Source: Vulcanimicrobiota bacterium
Lineage (GTDB): Bacteria; Vulcanimicrobiota; Vulcanimicrobiia; Vulcanimicrobiales; Vulcanimicrobiaceae
Assembly: GCA_963733295.1 (NCBI GenBank)
Contig: CAVTCS010000006.1
Span: 1-37,936 of the forward strand
Direction: 5' to 3'
Length of the DNA stretch: 37,936 nucleotides
Translations under genes and position numbers: made by a program
Shown here: one piece after another, positions 19,676 to 28,542 of the stretch
Layout: each line of letters opens with the position of its first letter
Position numbering within the stretch: the stretch's first letter is position 1
The notes under the pieces: generated by a model
What the model was told of the DNA's origin: nothing
Databases searched by the model: none
The model's input: only the letters and a program-made list of their open reading frames with translations

Positions 19676-21783
19676 CGTTTGAGGAACTTGCAGCACAAGG
19701 CAAAAAATCCGAAACCCCTACGAAGCCGGTGGGGAGCGGCAGCGCATTCTCGGCACTAGCTGGCGTTGGCAAAAAAGGCGTCAGCCGCGTAAGCCAAGCA
19801 TTAGACGCACAGCGATTCGCGGCGGCCAAAGCGGCTGGCCTTGGCAGCACGACCGACGAGCAGATGACCAACCTGCGCAAGAAGCTCGGCGTCGAGCAGG
19901 ACTACCAGGACCCGCGTTTGTTCGGCGTTATCCCGCAGCCGCCCGCGCTGCATCACGCGGAGCAGGGGGTATTCGACGCGGCTTTGGGTACGGTGACGGA
20001 CCCGCTCACAGCCGAAACCTTAGGGCTCGGTGCGATCCCGCGACTCGGCGCAAAGCTCATGGCACCGCTCGCGCGTGCCGGGACGGCGATCGCGCAGAAG
20101 TCTCCCACAACGGGAAAGCTCGCCGCAGGCGTTCACGATTACTTCACCTTTGGCGGCGCAGCAAAGCGCGCGGTTGGCAAACCTGTCGTGAACGAAGCGC
20201 TCGGAGCGGAATCCGAAGCGATGACCGCTGGGAGAACCCGCCGCGCTCTCTATAACAAAATGGTCGATACCGCGCTCAAGGGCACAACCGACGAAGAAAA
20301 GATGCGCGTGTTCCGTTGGATGGACGGCCAGCTTCCGATTAGCGCACTGAGCCCCAAAGAGAAAGCCGCGGCGTTCGGAATGGACCGCTGGCGGCGGCGC
20401 ATGGAGCAGGTCGGCGGCATAACCTCCGGCGGCATCATGGGCCATCGTGAGAACTATTTTCCCGGCCTGCGCGATGCGGTCGAAGGCCGCGAGGCGCACA
20501 CGTACAATCCACTTGACGCCTTCAGCCACCACGCACTGCAGCGCGAGGGGCAGTTCGTTCTCGGCCCCAACGCCACGGCGAAGAACTCGATGGAAGCGCT
20601 CCGCGGCTACAATGCCTCGCTTGAGAGCGCTGGGACCGGCATGAAGTTCGACGCGCTCTTGCGCAAGACGCTCAAGATCCCCGAGGGGCAACCCATCCCC
20701 GCGGAGATCAAAGACCTGTTCAACCGACAGATTCGCGCGACGGGCAACAAGCGCACCGCAGGGGAGATCGCCCGAGACATCGCGCGCGGGGTCGTCACAG
20801 CCCCCAAGGCTGCGATCGTGGGAACCGGGCCTGGGCACATGGCGAACATCCTGAACCTCACGCTGGGGAACCCGGGCGGGGCCAAGGCGGCGATGCAGGG
20901 AGCCGGCACGTTCGCAAAGCTCATCGCGAAACCAGGGGAGCGGGCGAACATTCTGCGGCCTGGCGCGAAACTCGGGGCGCTCAACCCGTCAGCCGAAAAG
21001 CACACGGCACTCATCGACCTCCTCGCGAGCGCTCCCGGACCGCTGTCGCTCCCCGGCCGAGCGATGCAGGGCATGAACCGTGCGACTTGGAGCTTTGATG
21101 ACGCAATGTCGCAAGCGCTCGCGCAGCAGTTCCAGAAGCAAGGCTTCAAGGGATACCAGGCGGGACGCAAGGCGCGCGAGGCACTCGTTGACTACGAGCA
21201 CGTTTCGCCTTTTACCGAGCATCTCAAGAACGTGTTTCCGTTTGCCTCGTTCACGGCCGCACTTCCGAAGGCTGTGGGCGAGGGCATTCTTGGCGATCCT
21301 ATGCGAGCCGCATTTACCAATCGGCTCACGGGCGGCGGTTTCTACGGTTCCGAGTATGACACGCCCTATGGCCGCTTCAAGGGCTACGGCCCGACGCAAG
21401 AGATCGGGCGGGCTGAACCACTGGACTATATCCACAAACAGGCGCTGCCGTACGCAGTCGGTGAGAGCGCACTGGGCTCGTACCTTGCCAAGGCCACAGG
21501 CGCGGAACCCAGGCCAGGCGACAGGGATTATGCCGCGAGGGAGAGAGACATTAGACGCTTGGCGAACTTCCCAACCTACGGGCAAAATCCGCTTAACCCC
21601 AAAGATGCCGGGGACCTCGCAGTGGGAGCCGCGCTCATGGGCGTCCCTTACGGTAGGCAAGCACAAAGCGCAGCTGGCGGCGGTCCTTTCCCGAAGAAGA
21701 AAAAGACTTCGCCCCAACAGCAGGCCATTGATGCGCTCCTCCTATCCTGGCTGCGGCAACTCCACAAAGTTCCTCGCCAGTGA
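19672..21783 (+). CDS. Large internal virion / DNA ejection protein
   Basis: 703 aa, Ala/Gly-rich; LGTVTDPL, ENYFP, ALVDY..VSPF..VFPF motifs; last structural gene before lysis. Confidence 0.65.
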   Translation: MTFEELAAQGKKSETPTKPVGSGSAFSALAGVGKKGVSRVSQALDAQRFAAAKAAGLGSTTDEQMTNLRKKLGVEQDYQDPRLFGVIPQPPALHHAEQGVFDAALGTVTDPLTAETLGLGAIPRLGAKLMAPLARAGTAIAQKSPTTGKLAAGVHDYFTFGGAAKRAVGKPVVNEALGAESEAMTAGRTRRALYNKMVDTALKGTTDEEKMRVFRWMDGQLPISALSPKEKAAAFGMDRWRRRMEQVGGITSGGIMGHRENYFPGLRDAVEGREAHTYNPLDAFSHHALQREGQFVLGPNATAKNSMEALRGYNASLESAGTGMKFDALLRKTLKIPEGQPIPAEIKDLFNRQIRATGNKRTAGEIARDIARGVVTAPKAAIVGTGPGHMANILNLTLGNPGGAKAAMQGAGTFAKLIAKPGERANILRPGAKLGALNPSAEKHTALIDLLASAPGPLSLPGRAMQGMNRATWSFDDAMSQALAQQFQKQGFKGYQAGRKAREALVDYEHVSPFTEHLKNVFPFASFTAALPKAVGEGILGDPMRAAFTNRLTGGGFYGSEYDTPYGRFKGYGPTQEIGRAEPLDYIHKQALPYAVGESALGSYLAKATGAEPRPGDRDYAARERDIRRLANFPTYGQNPLNPKDAGDLAVGAALMGVPYGRQAQSAAGGGPFPKKKKTSPQQQAIDALLLSWLRQLHKVPRQ

Positions 21784-21842
21784 CGAGCAGCACACTTCGA
21801 AGGACAGGCAAGCAGCCATGCTTATCGCGAATCATTCTCTGA

Positions 21843-22115
21843 ATGGAAGATCCCGACTGGCGGACGCTCGTGGCTGACCACCAGACCGTTCTCTATGGCG
21901 AGTGGAAGAACGGCGTCCGCACGCCTGGGATCGTCGAGTACATCGCTGACGCGAAAGCTGCCGCGCAGAAGGCCGAAAGCGCCGCAAACGGCATCGTCGA
22001 ACGAGGCGATGCCAACCGGCGGCTCATCTTCATGGCCATCGGTACGAGCATTCTGGCCCCGATTCTCGTCGGGCTCATCCTCGTTGCATTGACCGGGCAT
22101 GGGGTGATTCGCTGA
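21843..22115 (+). CDS. Single-TM protein (holin or antiholin-like)
   Basis: Coiled coil followed by LIFMAIGTSILAPILVGLILVAL; directly before the endolysin. Confidence 0.55.
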   Translation: MEDPDWRTLVADHQTVLYGEWKNGVRTPGIVEYIADAKAAAQKAESAANGIVERGDANRRLIFMAIGTSILAPILVGLILVALTGHGVIR

Positions 22116-22658
22116 TGCGCGAGCGTGAACGCCGCAGGCTTGGACCTCATCAAGTCCTTCGAGGGCTGCGAACTCACAGCGTACCAGGACTCCGGCGGTA
22201 TCTGGACGATCGGCTACGGGCACACGGGCCCCGGCGTCGAGCCGGGCGTGACGATCACTCAGGCCCAAGCCGACGCTTTCCTCGCTGCGGACGTGAAGTA
22301 CGCCGAGGGGGTCGTGGCGGATTCCGTCGAGATCGCCCTCACGCCCAACCAGTTCTCGGCCTTGGTCAGCTTCGAGTACAACACGGGGTCGCTGCCCGGT
22401 TCGACCATGCTCAAGCTGCTCAACTCGAACGATATCGCTGGAGCCGCTGCCCAGTTCGACAACTGGGTCTACGCCGACGTGAACGGCGATGAGGTCAAGC
22501 TGGACGGGCTCGTGCGCCGGCGCGCGGCCGAGAAGGCGCTTTTCCTCAACGAAGCCGGGCCGCCGAACTTCACGAACATCACGGGCGAGCCAAACAATCC
22601 GAATGACCAGCCTGGCAATGAACCGATCCAGACGCCGCCCGGGGGAGGAGCCGCCTGA
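22115..22658 (+). CDS. Endolysin, GH24 lysozyme
   Basis: IKSFEG..AYQDSGGIWTIGYGHT, NQFSALVSFEYNTG, GLVRRRAAEKALF; start is 22125 or 22115 with an indel. Confidence 0.95.
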
Positions 22659-22930
22659 CCCCACTCGTCCAAGCAGCCGTCCCGAAAGTCCAGAACGGTC
22701 TGTGGTATAGCCTCAGGTCTGCTCTCTTTTGGCTCGGGGCTTCCGTCGCCGTGGTCGGTATCGGCCCACTTCTGTCGTCGCTAGGCGCATGCCAGGCCAA
22801 TCACGTGCTTATCTTCAAGTGCGTGATAGACTGGAATGGGCTTTCGTATGCCGTCAGCATGGGCGTACTCATCGGCATCGGCCGATTCGTCCAGGGCTTC
22901 CTCGCAAAACCCCCGCCTCAAGGAGGCTAA
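22655..22930 (+). CDS. Two-TM holin-like protein (not in ORF track; CTG start)
   Basis: GGAGGAG RBS, then CTG ACC CCA...; open for 91 aa; spans ALFWLGASVAVVGIGPLL and LSYAVSMGVLIGIGRFV. Confidence 0.6.
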   Translation: MTPLVQAAVPKVQNGLWYSLRSALFWLGASVAVVGIGPLLSSLGACQANHVLIFKCVIDWNGLSYAVSMGVLIGIGRFVQGFLAKPPPQGG

Positions 22931-23134
22931 ATGGTCCGCATCGCTTTTGTCCTTCTCACTCTGTTCGCGTCCTGCGGCGGACCGAATCCGGCTCCGACCC
23001 CATCTCCCGCTCCGCAGCCGTCCTGCGCCATCCACAACAACTGCACGCCAGCCCCGAGCCCAACTCCATTCGTGCAGCCATCCTGTGCCAAGACTAACTC
23101 ATGCTTCCCAACACCAACACCTAGCCCGTCTTAA
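22931..23134 (+). CDS. Pro-rich lipoprotein (o-spanin-like)
   Basis: AGGAGG RBS; signal MVRIAFVLLTLFAS-C, then PT/PS repeats with paired Cys. Confidence 0.6.
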   Translation: MVRIAFVLLTLFASCGGPNPAPTPSPAPQPSCAIHNNCTPAPSPTPFVQPSCAKTNSCFPTPTPSPS

Positions 23135-23143
23135 GGAGACTCT

Positions 23144-23317
23144 GTGGCTTCAATCAACATCGGCCAGATTCTCGCCCTCATTGGCGAAATTGCAGCCGAC
23201 TTCACGATCGACTCAGCCGAACTCGCGGCCGGCGGCCTTGTCAAAGTCGGGCAAATCGGCTCGGTTGGCGGCAAGGGCATCTACGTCTATCTCAGCGAAA
23301 ACGCCGCAGCAACCTGA
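23144..23317 (+). CDS. Hypothetical 57-aa protein (not in ORF track)
   Basis: AAGGAG RBS; MASINIGQILALIGEIAADF...ENAAAT*. Confidence 0.6.
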   Translation: MASINIGQILALIGEIAADFTIDSAELAAGGLVKVGQIGSVGGKGIYVYLSENAAAT

Positions 23318-23320
23318 ATA

Positions 23321-23584
23321 GTGAACCCTTCCCTCGAAGCACTCAACAAAGCCCTATTCGCTCTCTTGGAGGCTCAGACTAAATTGTCCGTATCACAAAG
23401 CCAGTTCGACACCGATCTGACCGCATTTCTTGCCGCGGTGACCACTTACGAAGCAGCCGTTGCAGCATACGTAACCGCAGTCGGCAACGCCGCTCCGAAC
23501 CTTGCCACCGAAGATGCCTCAGTGGCAACGGCAAACACGAACCTGACCGCGGCTTCGGCTGCCTTAACGGCCGCCACGCCCTAG
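23321..23584 (+). CDS. Ala/Thr-rich coiled-coil protein
   Basis: ORF track; heptad-like pattern. Confidence 0.6.
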   Translation: MNPSLEALNKALFALLEAQTKLSVSQSQFDTDLTAFLAAVTTYEAAVAAYVTAVGNAAPNLATEDASVATANTNLTAASAALTAATP

Positions 23585-23772
23585 TGGCCAAGTGGATCCA
23601 GGCTGCCCGCAAGAAAATGGAGCGCAAGGGGACCGTCGGCAGTTATGGCAGCCACAGCGAGAAGCAAGAACGCAAAGACATCCGCAAAGGCGGCAAGCTC
23701 GGCAAGAAAGCGCAGTTCGCTCTCAACATGAAGCGAATCGCTTCTCGACGGAAGCACCGTAGCCGCAAGTAA
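23584..23772 (+). CDS. Small basic protein (AKWIQ...ALNM type)
   Basis: MAKWIQAARKKMERKG...AQFALNMKRIASRRKHRSRK*. Confidence 0.7.
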   Translation: MAKWIQAARKKMERKGTVGSYGSHSEKQERKDIRKGGKLGKKAQFALNMKRIASRRKHRSRK

Positions 23773-23888
23773 TGGATGGCCAGCATCGGCATCCAGAACT
23801 CTACCACGAGATAACCGCGCTCGATAAGCGACTCCGCAAAGTCGAGAAGCGCAAGACTTCCAAGCGCCGTCAGAAGACCAGGCGCTGA
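23772..23888 (+). CDS. 38-aa basic protein
   Basis: TAATG and TGATG coupled; MDGQHRHPELYHEITALDKRLRKVEKRKTSKRRQKTRR*. Confidence 0.6.
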   Translation: MDGQHRHPELYHEITALDKRLRKVEKRKTSKRRQKTRR

Positions 23889-24031
23889 TGCCGTTTCAAT
23901 CGGAAGCGCAGCGACGCTTTATGTACAGCCAGCACCCCAGCATCGCTAAGAGGTGGTCGAAGGAGTTTCCGAACCAACGCCATCTGCCGAAGCGGAAGAA
24001 ACACCATCGGAAGCGGAAGCATCGGGCTTAG
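23888..24031 (+). CDS. 47-aa basic protein (MPFxSxAQRR type)
   Basis: MPFQSEAQRRFMYSQHPSIAKRWSKEFPNQRHLPKRKKHHRKRKHRA*. Confidence 0.7.
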   Translation: MPFQSEAQRRFMYSQHPSIAKRWSKEFPNQRHLPKRKKHHRKRKHRA

Positions 24032-24161
24032 TTAGGGTCAGCCCGAGCGCGCCGCCCAGAGCCCAGGCTAGCCGTCCCACGATCGCCGCGCTGATCTGAT
24101 CGAGCACCTGCGTGGTCATGCCGTCTACCGTGACGTGAATGGACTGTGGCTCGTCGCTCAT
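23946..24161 (-). CDS. Hypothetical protein, last gene of the minus-strand operon
   Basis: ATGA-coupled to the upstream glycosyltransferase; 3' end overlaps a + strand gene. Confidence 0.4.
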   Translation of the reverse strand: MSDEPQSIHVTVDGMTTQVLDQISAAIVGRLAWALGGALGLTLTKPDASASDGVSSASADGVGSETPSTTS

Positions 24162-24876
24162 CCGGGTAACTTCTCTTTCTCTCTGATTTCGTACCAGAGC
24201 TTACGGCTCGCCTCATCGTAGGCGCAATGCGCACGGAACCGTAGTTCGCTCGTGTTCAGCGTGCGGTCGTTGTTCTTGGAGTGCTCGACGTAGAGCATCG
24301 TTTGGTATTGGTCAAAGCCAGCCTTCTTCAGCCGCCCGTAGAAGTGCGCGTCGGCGTGGTAGGACGGGAACGAAAGCCAATCGTAACCCTGCACGGCCAG
24401 GCACGGGCCGATGTGGTACGCGCAGAACACGTCGGATTGGCCCTGGACGGTCGTCGTGAAGATGACGCTCCAGTTCGGGTCCTTGCCGTCAATCTCGGCC
24501 AGCCGCTCGTAGAAGGTTGCCTGGACGCCGGGCGGCATAACGCAGTCGTCATGCATCCAGGTGAACCACTCAAAGCCCATCTCGTGCGTCTTGGTGATGA
24601 GCATGGTGAGCGCTTGGGCGATGTACAGCGCGCAGTCGGGCTTGTACACCGCGAACTCGCCGTGGACAAGCTCGCGGGGCGGCGGCGCTTCGTCGAATAG
24701 CGCGCGGTTGTCGATCACGATCGTGCGCTGCCAGTAATCGCGGATGGACTCCATCGCGCGTTTGAACGGCCCGGGGCTGTTGGTGTAGAGGACGTAATGG
24801 GGCGGCTCGGCCGTGCGCGGGTGGCGGGCCAGGAGCCGGGCGTATTCGGCGACCTCGCGCGGAGAGTGACGCTCAA
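24158..24876 (-). CDS. GT-A fold (GT2-like) glycosyltransferase
   Basis: IVIDN, WFTWMHDDCVM, QGYD..FPSYHADAHFYGRL, YVEH; start uncertain (ORF track gives 24967). Confidence 0.7.
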
Positions 24877-25094
24877 TTATCCCTTTCGGCGATTGCAGCA
24901 CGCGCGTAGTGTTCGAGCCGGTCGGCAGCCCGGAGCAGAGCCTTCTTATTGCCCGATAAGTGCTCAAGGTGTTCCGGCTCGATAAGCATTTGCTTTAAGG
25001 CCTCATCAACGGCATTGGCCCAAAACCGGAAGTACTCGGCCAATTCGAGGTCATCCTCAGGAGTACACATGCAGCCTCTAAAATGAACGGCCAT
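24873..25094 (-). CDS. Hypothetical protein
   Basis: ORF track; GGGAG RBS. Confidence 0.5.
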   Translation of the reverse strand: MAVHFRGCMCTPEDDLELAEYFRFWANAVDEALKQMLIEPEHLEHLSGNKKALLRAADRLEHYARAAIAERDN

Positions 25095-25326
25095 TGGCTA
25101 TTCTCCCACGGACGTCGTAGTACGGCCGCGTGCGGTCCACGGGCGGGTTTCCCTCGACGGAAGGGAATGGCACTCGGCCCACCGCCATGCTGACGAAGCC
25201 CGCTTCAGCAACATCAACATGAGGATGGGCAGAGAGCCAGGTCGTGAGTGCGGCTGACTTGGGTAGGCAGCAGCAATCCACGTTTTTGAGCGCCGAGGCG
25301 AGGCTGCCGATTTCCGGCGCAGTCAT
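25078..25326 (-). CDS. Hypothetical protein
   Basis: ATGA-coupled start MTAPEIGSLASALKNVDCCC. Confidence 0.5.
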   Translation of the reverse strand: MTAPEIGSLASALKNVDCCCLPKSAALTTWLSAHPHVDVAEAGFVSMAVGRVPFPSVEGNPPVDRTRPYYDVRGRIANGRSF

Positions 25327-25967
25327 CGCCACGCGCGAAACAGCGCGCAGGGCAAATCGCCCTTCGGCTCCTCCACAATCGTGCGGTATCCCCGCTCCTG
25401 CAAGAAGTGCTTGAGCGTGATGTGGTAATACACCGGCAGATCGCGTCGCCGCTCCAGCTTCGACCAAGTCGGGCACGGCTCGTGGTACTCGCCGACAATC
25501 TCGCCGACGAGATCCCAGCGCGTGAACGTATAGAGCACTTCCCACTCGCTGCCTTCTAGGTCGATCTTGAGAAAGCGCACGGGGCCGGTTTCTTCCACGA
25601 TCTCGTCAAGAGTCGTGGTCGGTACCTGGGCCATCTCCGCGCCGTCCGTATCGTGCAGGAAGAACCCGCTGCGATCAACCGGGAACGGCATGAACGCCGG
25701 CCGCTCGGGGGCCATCACCGCTCGGTGGAATACCCGCACGCCGTCAAGACCGCCAACGTTCCGCTTGCCGATGTTGTAGTTCTTCGGGTCCGCTTCATAG
25801 GCAAAGATTCTGCGGCTGCCGCAGTCCCACGCCCTGGCCGTAAACGGGCCAATCCACATGCCGAGATCAACCACCGTATCGTGCGCGGTGAAGGCTGGCA
25901 CATGGTACTCGTCCTTGACCGTTATGGCATCCCAGAACAGCGCTTCTTCGTCTGTCCGAAAAATCAC
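25323..25967 (-). CDS. FkbM-family SAM methyltransferase
   Basis: VVDLGMWIGPFT, IFAYEADPKNY, VPTTTLDEI, FLKIDLEGSEWEVL. Confidence 0.9.
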   Translation of the reverse strand: MIFRTDEEALFWDAITVKDEYHVPAFTAHDTVVDLGMWIGPFTARAWDCGSRRIFAYEADPKNYNIGKRNVGGLDGVRVFHRAVMAPERPAFMPFPVDRSGFFLHDTDGAEMAQVPTTTLDEIVEETGPVRFLKIDLEGSEWEVLYTFTRWDLVGEIVGEYHEPCPTWSKLERRRDLPVYYHITLKHFLQERGYRTIVEEPKGDLPCALFRAWR

Positions 25968-26539
25968 AGCTTGCTCACGAGGTCGTCGCGCACGAAGAAG
26001 CAGTTGGGCGAATGCGGGTCAGGCGTCTTTCCCACGAACGCGTACCCGAGCTGCCGCCCGAGCTCGACCAGCGAGAACACCGATGCTCCGCAGTCGTGGC
26101 TCTCGTTGTCCCAGACGTACTCGGGATCATACGGCATGATGTACGGTCGGTCGTGTGGCCTCTGTATCTGCGCTTCGATGATGACGATGTACGGCCGGAA
26201 GTGCCAGCCCAACGCCCGCCAGATCCAATAGTCGTTCCCGTGCACGTCGATCGACAGAACGCCGAACTCGGTCGGCACATGGTGCTGGTTGAAAAGAGTC
26301 CGAGCGTTTGCCACGGTGAACCGATGGCAGCGGACATCGACCGTTCCCCAGCTAGCGTCGAACCAGACGCCTTCCCAGCCGGCGGCTTTGAGCACGCGGG
26401 TGTTGTTCTCTGTGCCGTCCCCCGCGCCAATCTCCGCGTAGAACTTCGGCGGCTGCAATCGCTGCACGAGTTCGAGCGTGATGCCGTCCTCGCCGAACTG
26501 GCTGTAAATACGGTCGGTGTATGGCGTTAGGTCAAGCAC
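25964..26539 (-). CDS. FkbM-like (Methyltransf_21-type) methyltransferase
   Basis: YSQFGEDGI, FYAEIGAGDGTENNT, VLSIDVHGNDYWIW, GASV..L..LGY. Confidence 0.85.
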   Translation of the reverse strand: MLDLTPYTDRIYSQFGEDGITLELVQRLQPPKFYAEIGAGDGTENNTRVLKAAGWEGVWFDASWGTVDVRCHRFTVANARTLFNQHHVPTEFGVLSIDVHGNDYWIWRALGWHFRPYIVIIEAQIQRPHDRPYIMPYDPEYVWDNESHDCGASVFSLVELGRQLGYAFVGKTPDPHSPNCFFVRDDLVSKL

Positions 26540-27152
26540 GTTCGCTCCTTCCGATCACGCAGCACCAGGGATAGATATGCACGAACTCCACCAGCTTGTG
26601 GAAGTCGTCCAGGCGGTGCCATTCGTTCCAGGCGTACTCGGCGATGACCCAGCCGCGGCCTTGGATGCCCATCGCGATGTTCAGCAAATACGCCCAGGTC
26701 ATGCCGTTCTGCGCTTCTTCGGTGTCCTTGCCGATGTCCTCGATGATGTACACGCCCCCCGGTTTCACGGCCGAGAACAGTTGCTGGAACGAGTATATCT
26801 GGTGCTGCGGGATGTGCGAGCCGTCATCCACGATGAGGTCGTATGGTCCGTTGATCGCCATCCGCTCCATGATTTCCGGATCGTTCTGGTTGCCCAGCGC
26901 GAGCGCAATTCGCCCGCCCAGGTCCACGCCGTCGACATACTGACGATCCGAATCCAGCCCCCAGACCTGGGCATTCGGGAAGTAGTCACGCCACATCCGG
27001 TGCGACTTGCCCAAGTCCACGCCGATTTCGAGCACCTTGGTCGCCGTCATCTTCATTCGCTCGACGTAGCGCTGGTAGTAGCGCAGATAGTGATGGCCGA
27101 TAACGCCCTTGTCCGTCGTCCACTGCTCGGCGATCTTGTCAAGGTCGGTCAT
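26532..27152 (-). CDS. Class I SAM methyltransferase, MycE-like sugar O-methyltransferase
   Basis: TDKG..HHYLRYY, KVLEIGV, MWRDYFPNA, DLIVDDGSH, KPGGVYIIEDI. Confidence 0.85.
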   Translation of the reverse strand: MTDLDKIAEQWTTDKGVIGHHYLRYYQRYVERMKMTATKVLEIGVDLGKSHRMWRDYFPNAQVWGLDSDRQYVDGVDLGGRIALALGNQNDPEIMERMAINGPYDLIVDDGSHIPQHQIYSFQQLFSAVKPGGVYIIEDIGKDTEEAQNGMTWAYLLNIAMGIQGRGWVIAEYAWNEWHRLDDFHKLVEFVHIYPWCCVIGRSERA

Positions 27153-27790
27153 GTTCTCAGCCTCTCGTACTCGCGCAGCACGCGCAAGCGGTCCTCGCCA
27201 GTCATGCCAGCCGCGTGAAGGATGAAGTCGCCCGGCTCGTAGTTGTTGATCTCGTTCTTGTGCGCCCAATCGGCGATGCCGTAGAGTTTGTAATCATAAG
27301 CGTTGAAGAACTTGCCAGGCAAGCACAGCACCCAATAGCAGAACGGCGGCTGCAGCATCTTCTGTACCATCGCTTCTTGATCACCCCAACCCATCGCGAT
27401 TGCAGTTGTCGCATATGTTCGGATATAATGCGCCGCTTGTGAAGTGAAGCGCGCGAACCATACGCCGCTATTAGGCCCGTTGAAATCGAATCCCCAGAGG
27501 AAGTGCCACTTACGCGAACTTGGAAGCACATTCGTGACTAGTTCCTTTTCGCTATTCATCACAGCGCGTCGGTGTCGATCCACATGAACACATCGTCTGC
27601 CGAGAACTCGCCCGTCGCGATAGAGCGAAAGGAACAGCCGAGCCTTGCAGGCATCCGCTTCGACTGCGCTGATGTTCGGCTCGTACACAACGCGATACCT
27701 GTGCTTCTCCGCGTACTCGGCGACTGAGGGGAACGTGATAGCCGCGAGTTCGGCGTAGTTGGCATCGTGCGCCGTGCCAATCACGATCAC
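27149..27790 (-). CDS. GT34-like glycosyltransferase (compensating indels ~27560-27620)
   Basis: YAEKHRY, FMWIDTDAL (alternate frame), NSGVWF, GDQEAM, YEPGDFILHAAG. Confidence 0.85.
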   Translation of the reverse strand: MIVIGTAHDANYAELAAITFPSVAEYAEKHRYRVVYEPNISAVEADACKARLFLSLYRDGRVLGRRCVHVDRHRRAVMNSEKELVTNVLPSSRKWHFLWGFDFNGPNSGVWFARFTSQAAHYIRTYATTAIAMGWGDQEAMVQKMLQPPFCYWVLCLPGKFFNAYDYKLYGIADWAHKNEINNYEPGDFILHAAGMTGEDRLRVLREYERLRT

Positions 27791-28542
27791 GTCGCGAGCG
27801 CCGCGTAGTGCTGCATCTTCTCCAGCCGCTCCGCAAGAGGCAGCGATGGGAACGTCAGCAGCCAGTCGCCCGGCTCGTAGTCGCCCAGCGACCGATACGC
27901 TCCCCAGCCGTAGTCATCGTACAGGTACGTGTGCCCGACCTCTTTGCCCGAAAGGCAGTTCTGCGGCCCGAGAACCCGGCTGTACGGCGGAATGTTCATC
28001 AGCGAACGCATCGTCGTCTGGTCACTCGTGCCGCGCGGCTCGATCTGCAGCGTTACCCGGTGCGGGAAGAAGTGCTCGGCCGCAATCACGTTGGTCGTGA
28101 TTTGCGCCTGTTGCTGCACGCGTTCGAGCACCATGAATACCTCGGGCTGGCAACGAGCGATCCAGAACCCGCTGCACGGGCCAGCGACGTCATACGTCCA
28201 GAGAAACGAACGATCGCCCAGGCGGTCCTCGATGCGGATCTCGCTGTTCATAATGATGAGGTCAATGTCCATCCAGCACAGGATATCCGCCTGCTTATAT
28301 TTCTGCTGGTACATTTTGATCTTGCCGCGATCGAAGTAGTCCTTGATATCCTCAGTCGGCAGGTACTCGCTGTCGTCCATGAAGCGGCCTTGAATGAGGC
28401 TATACTCGTGCTTCTCACAGTACGCTCGGATGATCGGAAGGGAGACCTCGGCCATCGGAAGGTAGGCGTGGTTGAACGCGACCATGATGGCCACGACCGG
28501 TTTGTCCCCCTTTGAAGGCTCCCGGTCTGCGGTGTACAGCAT
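27787..28542 (-). CDS. GT34-like glycosyltransferase
   Basis: YCEKHEY, CWMDIDLIIMN, SGFWIAR, SDQTTM, YEPGDWLLTFP. Confidence 0.85.
   Translation of the reverse strand: MLYTADREPSKGDKPVVAIMVAFNHAYLPMAEVSLPIIRAYCEKHEYSLIQGRFMDDSEYLPTEDIKDYFDRGKIKMYQQKYKQADILCWMDIDLIIMNSEIRIEDRLGDRSFLWTYDVAGPCSGFWIARCQPEVFMVLERVQQQAQITTNVIAAEHFFPHRVTLQIEPRGTSDQTTMRSLMNIPPYSRVLGPQNCLSGKEVGHTYLYDDYGWGAYRSLGDYEPGDWLLTFPSLPLAERLEKMQHYAALAT

Noticed and set aside
23946..24031. Functional antisense overlap of convergent genes
   Set aside because: The minus-strand tail is a low-complexity mirror of the basic + strand gene and may result from a missed stop or indel
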